A stretch of 45,864 nt of DNA from an uncultured Bacteroides sp. (GTDB lineage Bacteria > Bacteroidota > Bacteroidia > Bacteroidales > SM23-62), in assembly GCA_964477295.1 (NCBI GenBank), contig CAYZEZ010000002.1, positions 1 through 45,864 on the forward strand, in the 5' to 3' direction. Below are positions 16,355 through 25,127 of this stretch, piece by piece. The position numbers and the translations under genes are program-made. The number at the start of each line of letters is the position of its first letter. The stretch's first letter is position 1. The notes under the pieces were generated by a model. It searched no databases and had not been told where the DNA came from. It saw only the letters and a list, made by a program, of their open reading frames with translations.

Positions 16355-18025
16355 ATGGAATTTAAGGACTTAGGGTTACACACCGACATTCAGAAGGCAG
16401 TTACAAAACTTGGTTTTATAACTCCCACAGAGATACAGGAAAAAACGATTCCCATCTTGTCGGAAGGATTATGGGATTTTGTGGGATTGGCTCAAACCGG
16501 AACCGGGAAAACAGCTGCTTATGGTTTGCCGTTAATACAGCATATAGATTTTAAAAGTAAAAACACACAGGGATTGGTAATTTGCCCGACCAGGGAACTT
16601 TGTATGCAAATAACAAAAGACCTGGAATCTTTTGCAAAATTTCACCCCGATGCTAATATCCTTCCGGTGTATGGTGGAGCCAGTATTGATGATCAGATCA
16701 GGAGGATAAGCAGAGGTGTGCAGATTATTGTTGCCACGCCCGGAAGGCTATTGGATCTGATTAGCAGAAAGGCCATAAAATTGAATACCGTTCAAAGAGT
16801 TATTCTGGATGAGGCGGATGAAATGCTCAATATGGGATTTAAAGAGGATATTGATTCTATCCTGGAACAGACCCCGGAGAAAAAACGGGTCTGGTTGTTT
16901 TCAGCCACGATGCCTGATGAGGTTCGGCGGATTGCAGAAAACTATATGGATAATCCGATTGAAATTCTTGTGGGGAAGAAAAACAGCCCGGCTGCAAATA
17001 TTGAGCACCGATACTCTATGATGAAGGAAAAGGACCGTTATCATGCCCTTAAAAGAATACTCGATTATTATCCCGATATCTATGGTTTAATATTTTGCAG
17101 GACAAGAAGAGAAACCGGGGCTGTATCTGATAAGCTTGAGAAAGAGGGATACAATGTAGTTGCTTTGCACGGTGACCTTTCACAGTCGCAAAGAGATTCT
17201 GCCATGAAAAAATTCAGGGAAAGAACAGCTAAAATTCTGGTAGCTACTGACGTAGCGGCAAGAGGGCTGGATGTAGAAGATATCAGCCATGTAATTCATT
17301 ACAACATGCCTGACGAGGTGGAAAACTATACTCACAGAAGCGGCAGGACAGCCAGAGCCGGGAAAAAAGGTATATCTCTTGCCTTGGTTAACACGAGAGA
17401 GCTGAATAAAATTCACCAGATTGAAAGGGTCATCCGGTCGACTATTGAATATACACCGATTCCCTGTGCTGAAAATATTTGCGAGAAGCAAATGTTTGCA
17501 CTGATGGACAGGGTCGTTAAAACACCTGTAGATGAAGAGGCGATTGAACGATATTGGCCGGTTTTTTATGAGAAATTAAAGAATCTTTCCGCAGATGATA
17601 TCGTGATGAAGTTCATTTCTGCTGAGTTGAATACTTTTCTGAGCTATTACAAAAATTCAGGTAACCTGAATGCTATCCAGGAAACGGGGACAGAAGGAAG
17701 AAGGCAGGATAAAAGAAACGGGAAACCGCAAAACAGAAATCTTTCCGGTGCTTCAACGAAGTTTTTTATTAATCTGGGTGAGCGGCAGAATATGAATAAA
17801 GGAGCCCTGGTGAGACTTATTTGCACTGAAACCAATATTGCAAGCCATCAGATCGGAAGAATTGATATTTATCCGGGATCTTCAAATTTTGAGGTGGATA
17901 ATATGGTTGCAAATACAATACTTCCAAAGGTCAGAACAGGGGTCTATGAGGGAAAAACTTTTAGCGTAAATATATCCCGGGAAAGAGATTTACTCAGCAA
18001 AAAAGGCAAGAGGACAAGGATATAG
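16355..18025 (+). CDS. DEAD-box ATP-dependent RNA helicase with C-terminal DbpA-type RNA-binding domain
   Basis: AQTGTGKT, PTRELC, DEAD (ILDEADEM), SAT and HRSGRTARAG motifs. The C-terminal FFINLGERQNMNKGALVRLI... resembles a DbpA domain. Confidence 0.93.
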   Translation: MEFKDLGLHTDIQKAVTKLGFITPTEIQEKTIPILSEGLWDFVGLAQTGTGKTAAYGLPLIQHIDFKSKNTQGLVICPTRELCMQITKDLESFAKFHPDANILPVYGGASIDDQIRRISRGVQIIVATPGRLLDLISRKAIKLNTVQRVILDEADEMLNMGFKEDIDSILEQTPEKKRVWLFSATMPDEVRRIAENYMDNPIEILVGKKNSPAANIEHRYSMMKEKDRYHALKRILDYYPDIYGLIFCRTRRETGAVSDKLEKEGYNVVALHGDLSQSQRDSAMKKFRERTAKILVATDVAARGLDVEDISHVIHYNMPDEVENYTHRSGRTARAGKKGISLALVNTRELNKIHQIERVIRSTIEYTPIPCAENICEKQMFALMDRVVKTPVDEEAIERYWPVFYEKLKNLSADDIVMKFISAELNTFLSYYKNSGNLNAIQETGTEGRRQDKRNGKPQNRNLSGASTKFFINLGERQNMNKGALVRLICTETNIASHQIGRIDIYPGSSNFEVDNMVANTILPKVRTGVYEGKTFSVNISRERDLLSKKGKRTRI

Positions 18026-18061
18026 CTTTCCCTGAAAATAGTATATTAACAGGTTCTTCGT

Positions 18062-18901
18062 CTACCTTGGGGCAGAGGCCGATAAATATACTGCCTGCCC
18101 GCTGAGTATTTTGTTTGTAAGATGTATCTGCAGAAAATAAACTCCTGCCCGAAGTGAATTCCCGGAATCATCCCGCCCGTCCCATTCAAGGGATTGTTCG
18201 CCAACAGATCCAGGTAGGTATTTCGTCGACTTTACCAGCATGCCATTCAGGCCATAAACCCTGAATTCGACAGGTCCTGGTTCAGTGGTGGTGAAATTTA
18301 TGGCTGTCCGGTCTGTAAAAGGATTGGGGTATATCCAGAGTTCCGGACTCATTTTTGAAAAATCGGAGATGCCGGTAGCATCAACAGTATATTCAAGGTT
18401 CATATTGATGAAATTAGCTTCATCATCCGGGGTTATGCTCTGGGAAGCAGGCCCTTTATTAAAAGTGACTGTAGTCACCGGACCCTGCGAATGTTCCTCT
18501 GTAAATTCGACCACGACCTTATAATCTCCATCTTCAACCAGTGCTCCGCTTTCGTCTGTACAATCCCAAACAATGGTATGGGTTTGATGGTTACTCAGTG
18601 TGGCACCCGTAGTTGCATCAATTGTGCTTCCTCCTGACTTGTTGTTCCAGGTAATTAACCATTCTTTCCGGCGGTCGGCCTGTAAAAGCCTGGTTTTAAT
18701 AAAGTTCCCATCGATATCTTCGATCCATATTGCCACAATATTCTTTGGAGACCTGTCTCCATTGTAGGTTACTGTTTTTACAGTGAAAGATACATTTCCG
18801 GTTGAAGTGACTGCATTATCAGAATGGAATGACGAGAAAAACAGGATTATGAGAAGGAGTTTTATGCTTTGAATGATATATTTTGTGGTGCTTCGTTTCA
18901 T
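18062..18901 (-). CDS. Secreted DUF2271-like protein with T9SS C-terminal sorting domain
   Basis: The track start 18949 is TTG; ATG 18901 gives MKRSTTKYIIQSIKLLLIILFF. IVAIWIEDIDGNFIKT resembles DUF2271. The C-terminus IYPNPFTDRTAINF...GVYFLQI is a T9SS CTD. Confidence 0.7.
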   Translation of the reverse strand: MKRSTTKYIIQSIKLLLIILFFSSFHSDNAVTSTGNVSFTVKTVTYNGDRSPKNIVAIWIEDIDGNFIKTRLLQADRRKEWLITWNNKSGGSTIDATTGATLSNHQTHTIVWDCTDESGALVEDGDYKVVVEFTEEHSQGPVTTVTFNKGPASQSITPDDEANFINMNLEYTVDATGISDFSKMSPELWIYPNPFTDRTAINFTTTEPGPVEFRVYGLNGMLVKSTKYLPGSVGEQSLEWDGRDDSGNSLRAGVYFLQIHLTNKILSGQAVYLSASAPR

Positions 18902-18957
18902 GATCTGTTGATTTATATTAAAGATGCAGATTCCATCGTCTGATTTCAAAAAAATAT

Positions 18958-18965
18958 CAAATATA
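18958..18965 (-). promoter_or_regulatory. Candidate -7 box TATATTTG upstream of 18901
   Basis: Exact TAnnTTTG on the minus strand. Its position favours the ATG at 18901 over the TTG at 18949. A second copy lies at 18993-19000. Confidence 0.4.
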
Positions 18966-19230
18966 CTTTATATATACATATATGCATTAATGCAAATATA
19001 GCAATCATTATCTGAATTGGTAATAATAATATGGCGAAACAGGAATGAATGAAACGCCTATGATAATAAATTCATTAATATCACAAAAGAAAATGAAAAT
19101 ATTGTCATGGTAAGTTACACGAGGCCAATTAATTAAATAAAATATTTTCTCTGAAGTAGTATTTTGCATACTGTGTCTTCTGATTGGATAGTAATATTCA
19201 TCCCGGAACTCATCCATCCTAAGTTCTTAA

Positions 19231-19268
19231 TTAAAGTTTTTTAACAGTCCGGTTAAGCTTTTTTAACA
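19231..19268 (+). promoter_or_regulatory. Direct repeat TTAAAG-TTTTTTAACA / TTAAGCTTTTTTAACA (22-nt period) upstream of the 19334 operon
   Basis: Two near-identical 16-17-nt units read directly, 33-70 nt upstream of the -7 box at 19301. Confidence 0.3.
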
Positions 19269-19300
19269 CAACAACTGCAACACTACCCTCCTTGTGACAG

Positions 19301-19308
19301 TATCTTTG
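19301..19308 (+). promoter_or_regulatory. Candidate -7 box TATCTTTG
   Basis: Exact TAnnTTTG, 25 nt before the ATG at 19334. Confidence 0.4.
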
Positions 19309-19333
19309 TATACACAAATAGTTAGTATATAAA

Positions 19334-19654
19334 ATGAAGCAGTTGATCGATATAATGTCTGGCATTCTTATCTTACTGGTATTCCAGGTTTTTTCGGATA
19401 TCAGTCTATCGGCGCTATCCGGGGATCATTCACGGTTCACTAAAGTGGAATGCACAAGGGTTATTCCAATGAACCTCTGGATCGATAATCCAACCGATGA
19501 TACACCGGGAGAAATTAAAAACAATTTTCTTAAAGTTTTCATCGGGGATGGTTCTGATGGCTCATTCATCAATGATCTGGCATTTAAACCGGCAGAACAG
19601 TATCTTCTGAATCCATTATACCTCGACCGTCCACCTCCAGTGGTAAGCCTTTAG
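19334..19654 (+). CDS. Hypothetical exported protein (106 aa)
   Basis: N-terminal hydrophobic signal-like segment ILILLVFQVFSDISLSA. A terminator follows directly. Confidence 0.5.
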   Translation: MKQLIDIMSGILILLVFQVFSDISLSALSGDHSRFTKVECTRVIPMNLWIDNPTDDTPGEIKNNFLKVFIGDGSDGSFINDLAFKPAEQYLLNPLYLDRPPPVVSL

Positions 19655-19661
19655 GCAGACC

Positions 19662-19680
19662 AACCCGGGACGGGTTTTTT
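19662..19680 (+). terminator. Rho-independent terminator
   Basis: Stem AACCCG/CGGGTT with a GGA loop, running into a T run ending at 19680. Confidence 0.6.
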
Positions 19681-19755
19681 AAAGGTCCCGATACTTCAAG
19701 CCTGCAATCCTGTTTATCTGAAATTTATTATTAATCCATTTAAATAAAAATAGCC

Positions 19756-20190
19756 ATGTTTATAAATCATATGGTTCATCAGCATTTTCCAGGATCATCA
19801 GTTTACAAACTGAAAAGATCAAATAATCATCTTGGAATAGAAAAAATTAACTGTATTAAAGACAATCACAGGCATCAGCTGATACTGGTCATCGAGGGTG
19901 ATCAGCTGACCAGTTCGGAAGTTTATGCATTTCTGAAAGGGAACAACCTTTTCCTGGAAGCACCCATTGGACTGGATTTTTATACGAAGCCGGTGAGGAC
20001 CCACCTGATCGGGGAGGAAAACCTGGATGAATTCATGGATGACAATTTGGATATAGGTTTTTCGGAAATTAATTTAGATCCGAACTACCATTATACGGTC
20101 CTTTCATCCAAGGCATTGAATCCCGGATTGTTTAAGGTTATCTTGAATTACAGGCCAATACAAGCGAATAGTAATGATTTAATCAATTAA
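19756..20190 (+). CDS. Hypothetical protein, possibly a divergent Hsp20/alpha-crystallin-domain protein
   Basis: 144 aa. By-eye resemblance to ACD strands (INCIKDNHRHQLILVIEGDQLTSSEVYAFLKGNNLFLEAP ... GLFKVILNY). 18 nt upstream of htrA. Confidence 0.5.
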   Translation: MFINHMVHQHFPGSSVYKLKRSNNHLGIEKINCIKDNHRHQLILVIEGDQLTSSEVYAFLKGNNLFLEAPIGLDFYTKPVRTHLIGEENLDEFMDDNLDIGFSEINLDPNYHYTVLSSKALNPGLFKVILNYRPIQANSNDLIN

Positions 20191-20208
20191 ATAGAGGAGG
20201 AACATAAA

Positions 20209-21738
20209 ATGAAAAAGTTCATAAAAATGATGGTTGCATCCATTATTGGAAGTGGCCTGACGATTGCGGTCTTTTTGTTAGCAGGACTCAATCACAACGA
20301 ACCTGCTACATATTTAAATAAGCAGGAGCAATTACCGGTACATCATGCGCTTTATACAGTGAAAGAGAACGGGGAATATGTCCCGCTTGATTTTACAGGA
20401 GTTTCAAAGGAAGTAATGAATTCAGTTGTTCATATTAAATCCATCCGGAAGATCCAGCCTGGGGCCAGCCAGTTTTACAATGACCAGGGAGGGCCGTTTG
20501 GAGATATGTTCGGGGATGATTTTTTCAGATTCTTCTGGGGGGAACCCGGGCAACAGAATAAGTCTCGTGGGAAACCTGAACCATACGTCCAGATGGGTAC
20601 AGGATCTGGTGTTATTATAAGTGAAAACGGTTACATTGTGACGAATAATCATGTGATCGACCAGGCGGATGAGATTGAGGTTACCCTTCATAATAATGAT
20701 ACGTATAAAGCCAAAGTAATCGGGACCGACCCCTCCACCGATATTGCCCTGTTGCAGATCAGGGAGGATAATTTACAACCTTTGCCTCTCGGTAATTCTG
20801 ACATGGTTGAAGTGGGAGAATGGGTGATGGCGATCGGGAATCCTTTTAATCTTAATTCGACTGTGACAGCAGGGATAATCAGTGCCAAAGGCAGGAACAT
20901 CAATATTATCGACGACAAGTCGGCTATTGAGGCTTTTATCCAGACCGATGCGGCCATCAATCCTGGAAACAGCGGTGGCGCCCTGGTTAACCTGAACGGT
21001 GAACTTGTTGGTATAAACACCGCCATTGCCAGTCCAACCGGCTCTTATGCAGGATATGGATTTGCCATTCCGGCAAATATTGTAAATAAAGTTGTGGAGG
21101 ATTTTATGAAGTACGGGATGGTCCAGCGGGCTTACCTTGGCATAATGATCCGTGATATTGACAGCAAGCTGATAAAGGATGAAAAACTGAAGACCAGTGA
21201 GGGTGCCTTTGTTGATAGCCTGACGGAGAAAAGTGCGGCAGGTGCGGCAGGTATCCTGTCAGGAGACGTGATAACCAGGGTGGACAATACTCCTGTTACC
21301 CATTCGGCCGACCTGCTGGAACAGATCGGAAGGCACAGGCCGGGTGACGAGGTGGCCATCACCATCGACCGCAGGGGGAAAGAAATGAGCTACAACGTGA
21401 CGCTTGCCGATCAGAAGGGGGCCAGGAAACTGATGTCAAAAGATAAGCAGGATATCCTGGATATCCTGGGGGCCACCTTTGAAGATGTTGACCAGGCCAC
21501 GGCTGATAAACTTGGGATTGAAGGAGGTGTGAGGATCAAAGAGCTGAATAACGGACTGTTGAAAAACCAGACCGGGATCTCAGAAGGGTTTATCATTACC
21601 GGGATAAACCATGAACAGGTAACAAAGACCGATGATATCAGAAAATCCTTAAAAAACCACAAAGGGGGAGTCCTGATCCAGGGCATCTATGAAAACTACC
21701 CGGGAGAACTCTATTTCGCTTTCGGATTGCCTGAATAG
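20209..21738 (+). CDS. htrA: HtrA/DegP/DegQ-family periplasmic serine protease with two PDZ domains
   Basis: Triad contexts TNNHV, DIALLQI and GNSGGALVN. Two PDZ-like segments. N-terminal signal anchor. Confidence 0.93.
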   Translation: MKKFIKMMVASIIGSGLTIAVFLLAGLNHNEPATYLNKQEQLPVHHALYTVKENGEYVPLDFTGVSKEVMNSVVHIKSIRKIQPGASQFYNDQGGPFGDMFGDDFFRFFWGEPGQQNKSRGKPEPYVQMGTGSGVIISENGYIVTNNHVIDQADEIEVTLHNNDTYKAKVIGTDPSTDIALLQIREDNLQPLPLGNSDMVEVGEWVMAIGNPFNLNSTVTAGIISAKGRNINIIDDKSAIEAFIQTDAAINPGNSGGALVNLNGELVGINTAIASPTGSYAGYGFAIPANIVNKVVEDFMKYGMVQRAYLGIMIRDIDSKLIKDEKLKTSEGAFVDSLTEKSAAGAAGILSGDVITRVDNTPVTHSADLLEQIGRHRPGDEVAITIDRRGKEMSYNVTLADQKGARKLMSKDKQDILDILGATFEDVDQATADKLGIEGGVRIKELNNGLLKNQTGISEGFIITGINHEQVTKTDDIRKSLKNHKGGVLIQGIYENYPGELYFAFGLPE

Positions 21739-21776
21739 ATTTTTTGAAAATTCCCGGGGTATGGTTTATTCATTAA

Positions 21777-21814
21777 GAGTCACTGCTGTTTTGAACTGCA
21801 GTGGCTCTTTGTTT
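21777..21814 (+). terminator. Terminator after htrA
   Basis: 10-bp stem GAGTCACTGC/GCAGTGGCTC (one G-U pair) with an 11-nt loop, followed by TTTGTTT. Confidence 0.65.
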
Positions 21815-21841
21815 AGTGACGATATATTCGAAACGCCTGAA

Positions 21842-21890
21842 TAATTAACTCAAGTTGCCAGGTACTCGTAACCAGCAACTTAAATTAATT
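21842..21890 (-). repeat. Intergenic palindromic element, short form (inverted copy of 13742-13839)
   Basis: The reverse complement reads AATTAATTTAAGTTGCTGGTTACGAG TACCTGG CAACTTGAGTTAATTA. That is 25/26 and 15/16 identity to the two ends of the long copy. Confidence 0.8.
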
Positions 21891-21970
21891 AATTCTTAAA
21901 TATCCTGCCATTGAAAACAATTTTTCTGATTATTGTTTAACTTTACGAGCTCTATTAAAAGCGGCAAAGG

Positions 21971-22612
21971 ATGCGCTCCATCAGAATTATTCTTTATTTG
22001 CTCTTCGTATCAGGTATAATATCAACCGGATGTAAAACCATGCATTCCGATGAATCTGTATTCAACGGCGAAATCAATCAGTTTGACAGGTCCGGCAACA
22101 AACAGGGACCATGGAAGATTTATGAAGATAGCGTTTTAATTGCCCAAGGCATTTACATTAAGGGGACCCCCGATGGTTTATGGACATACTGGTATCCAAA
22201 CGGACAGTTGAAGGAGGAGGGACGTTATGATCATGGTATAAAAACCGGAATGTGGGTTGAATGGTACGAAGATGGTGAATGTATGTGGAAAGGAGAATGG
22301 GAAAATAGTAAAAGACAAGTTGCCTACCCGGATGCCAAAGCTGAGATAAGATTTATTGGAAAAACTCCCGGCGATAATATTCTGACTCACGACAGTACCT
22401 ATTATTTGAATATCAGGATACAGAACATTCCGGTTAAGCTACTTTTTGTTGAAACAAACAGTGGCTCCATTAGCAGGCAGGAAGAATCTGATATATTTAT
22501 CCTTAATACTTCATCAGATACGAGCCTTACACTTTCCGTAGGCTATATTCCTGACCTCGATTTCAAGGATTTCAGGAACCTGGTCCGGGAATTCGAATTC
22601 AAAATCAGGTAA
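21971..22612 (+). CDS. MORN-variant repeat lipoprotein (YwqK-like)
   Basis: Lipobox-like ISTGC. Repeats GLWTYWYPNGQLKEEGRYDHGIKTGMWVEWYEDGECMWKGEWENSKR. Confidence 0.7.
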   Translation: MRSIRIILYLLFVSGIISTGCKTMHSDESVFNGEINQFDRSGNKQGPWKIYEDSVLIAQGIYIKGTPDGLWTYWYPNGQLKEEGRYDHGIKTGMWVEWYEDGECMWKGEWENSKRQVAYPDAKAEIRFIGKTPGDNILTHDSTYYLNIRIQNIPVKLLFVETNSGSISRQEESDIFILNTSSDTSLTLSVGYIPDLDFKDFRNLVREFEFKIR

Positions 22613-22647
22613 GGGAACTGGTAGTGCAGCTAAACGCTGGTTAAAAG

Positions 22648-24396
22648 ATGAAGTTATCCCTCCAAAACCAGATCCAAAAATATATTGGCTTCATAACGCC
22701 AATTATTGGAATTACTGCCTTCACCTCCCTGTTCCTTAAATATGGTTTTTATTTATCTGACCGCTGGGTGCAAAACCTGTTAATACTTGACGAATTTATT
22801 GCAGGCTTTTTTGTAACCACACTTCTTGTTAATTTCTTTGTCAGCGACGATAAATGGAAATATGTAAAGCAATCTTCCTTTGAGTTCCTTCTGTTGACAT
22901 TTTTTGTCATCTCTGTTGTTCTGGAAGAAATTATATCCATCGAAGAGCCTCATTACCTGTTTGCGAGATCTACTTCTCACAATTTCATTAAGTTATATTT
23001 TGTCCTGATTCAAATCTATATTGTTATAAATGGTATCATCGCCATTGCAAAAACGAGGGAGAAATGGCTTTTCTTTTCCCTGAGCCCGGCAAAAATAATG
23101 GTGATCTCATACCTGATCGTCATCATTGCAGGGACATTCATGTTAAAGCTTCCGAAAGCCACATATGAAAATATTTCCTGGATTGATGCTGTGTTTACTT
23201 CCACATCGGCAGTCTGCATCACGGGGTTGACCACCTTAAATTTATCACAGGTGTTTACTTTTGAAGGGCAGTTATTTATATTGCTGCTGATCCAGTTAGG
23301 AGGGCTGGGAATAATTACGCTGACATCATTTATTGCCTTATTTATTCACAGGGGGTTCCGCCTCAGGGACCAGATCATTGTTCAGGAAGTATTTGACAAC
23401 GAAAACTTCAGCTCACTCACCTCTATTCTCAAGGCCATCGTGGCAATTACATTCATCACGGAGCTGGCAGGAGCTGTTGGGCTTTACCTGTCATGGGGAA
23501 ACCTCGGATTACCGGAATTTGAAAGGTTATTCAGTGCTGTTTTCCATTCTGTCAGTGCATATTGCAATGCCGGATTCAGTATTTTCCCGGATGGATTTGA
23601 AACCTCCCTGTATCATTTCAATACCATTTCACTCGTTGTGATCATGCTTTTAATTATTTTGGGAGGATTGGGCTTTTTTACCTTTTCCGATATTTTGCAT
23701 GTTGGAGAAATTAAAATGATACAGAAAAAAGGATTGACCCTGCAATCCAGAATAATACTCATTTCAACCCTGGTATTAATCTTTACAGGAGCATTGCTCA
23801 TTTGGATAATACAATATAGTGATTGGAAGGATCTCCCCTATGGGAAACAGGCTGTTAATGCTTTTTTCCTGAGCATTACAGCCCGTACCGCCGGTTTTTC
23901 AAATGTTTCGATTGGAAATCTGGCAATTCCGGCCCTGATGGTTGTAATCCTTCTGATGTATATCGGGGGTGCACCCAATTCCACTTCGGGAGGCGTTAAG
24001 CTTACAACTGCAGTGACCGTGCTTGCAAGCCTGAAAGCCTTTATTAAAGGAAAGAAAAGGGTAGAAATAGGCTGGAATACTATCCCGGCAAGGACTGTCA
24101 GAAGGGCATTTATCGTCATATTCGTCTCTGTCATCCTGATATTTTTCGTTTTATTTGTACTGACACTAACGGAAGATCAAGCCTATTTCGATCTCTTTTT
24201 TGAAATTATCTCGGCTTTCGGAACGGTTGGCCTGTCAAGGGGAATTACCCCGGAACTTACCGAGACAGGCAAGATTTTGATAGCCTTTGTGATGTTTGCA
24301 GGAAGAATAGGACTTTTTACATTTGCTATTGCCATGAGTGAAGAACGCAAGGACAATGGTTATAACTTTCCAGAAATCAATTTAATGGTCGGATAA
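22648..24396 (+). CDS. TrkH/KtrB-family potassium transporter membrane subunit with an N-terminal extension of ~140 aa
   Basis: Repeated membrane-pore-membrane units with selectivity-filter-like glycines (CITGLTT, GGLGI, GFS, SGGVK). 582 aa. Confidence 0.9.
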   Translation: MKLSLQNQIQKYIGFITPIIGITAFTSLFLKYGFYLSDRWVQNLLILDEFIAGFFVTTLLVNFFVSDDKWKYVKQSSFEFLLLTFFVISVVLEEIISIEEPHYLFARSTSHNFIKLYFVLIQIYIVINGIIAIAKTREKWLFFSLSPAKIMVISYLIVIIAGTFMLKLPKATYENISWIDAVFTSTSAVCITGLTTLNLSQVFTFEGQLFILLLIQLGGLGIITLTSFIALFIHRGFRLRDQIIVQEVFDNENFSSLTSILKAIVAITFITELAGAVGLYLSWGNLGLPEFERLFSAVFHSVSAYCNAGFSIFPDGFETSLYHFNTISLVVIMLLIILGGLGFFTFSDILHVGEIKMIQKKGLTLQSRIILISTLVLIFTGALLIWIIQYSDWKDLPYGKQAVNAFFLSITARTAGFSNVSIGNLAIPALMVVILLMYIGGAPNSTSGGVKLTTAVTVLASLKAFIKGKKRVEIGWNTIPARTVRRAFIVIFVSVILIFFVLFVLTLTEDQAYFDLFFEIISAFGTVGLSRGITPELTETGKILIAFVMFAGRIGLFTFAIAMSEERKDNGYNFPEINLMVG

Positions 24397-24398
24397 TT

Positions 24399-25088
24399 AT
24401 GGAAAATAATAAACGGTTTGTATTAATAGGACTGGGTGCGTTTGGCAGGGAAATTGCCAGGACCCTGAATGAGTATAATGCGGATATTATTGCTATGGAC
24501 CGGGATCCAAATGTTGTTAACCAGATGAAAACGGAAGGATTCAGATATGCGGTTCATATTGATAACCTCGATCCTGCTTCACTTGCCAAATTCATTAAGC
24601 CCCAGGATGTGGTGATCATTTCATCGGGAGATGCCTTCGAAGAAAACATTTTAACTATTGAAATGCTGAAGGAAATTGGCGTAATATCAATTTATTCAAG
24701 AGCCACCAGGGATATCCAGTATAAGGTGCTGGAAAAAATGGATATAACTGAGATCCTTTTTCCCGAGAAGCAGGAAGGGCGAAGGTTTGCCTTAAAATTG
24801 CTCAACAGGGATATCCATTTCATCGATGAATTTTCAGCGGATATTTATCTGATCGAGATACCGATAACCGACAAGCTAATTGGAAAATCAATTGTGGATC
24901 TAGAGATCAGGTCGAAATACAATGTCAATATCATAGGGTTGAAAAGTATCATCGGGGAATCAGAACACCATGAGAAGCAAAGAATGGATTATGTTGGCTT
25001 TGAAAAGACCGTATTAAAAAAGGGACATTCCCTGCTTGTGATCGGAAAAGAAGAAGACCTGGAAGAAATGGTAAGGGATTTGAACTGA
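24399..25088 (+). CDS. TrkA/KtrA-type regulatory subunit (RCK N and C domains)
   Basis: Rossmann motif LIGLGAFGREIA plus an RCK_C-like C-terminus. Starts 2 nt after the transporter gene. Confidence 0.88.
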   Translation: MENNKRFVLIGLGAFGREIARTLNEYNADIIAMDRDPNVVNQMKTEGFRYAVHIDNLDPASLAKFIKPQDVVIISSGDAFEENILTIEMLKEIGVISIYSRATRDIQYKVLEKMDITEILFPEKQEGRRFALKLLNRDIHFIDEFSADIYLIEIPITDKLIGKSIVDLEIRSKYNVNIIGLKSIIGESEHHEKQRMDYVGFEKTVLKKGHSLLVIGKEEDLEEMVRDLN

Positions 25089-25127
25089 TCAGGAAAATAC
25101 AAACAACAGGTATTAAATTTTAAACAA

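Noticed and set aside
19008-19217. 69-aa minus-strand ORF in the AT-rich divergent promoter region
   Set aside because: The AT-rich composition yields a Tyr/Ile/Phe-rich product. It has no signal, motif or promoter box, and it overlaps the region expected to hold promoters for both flanking operons.
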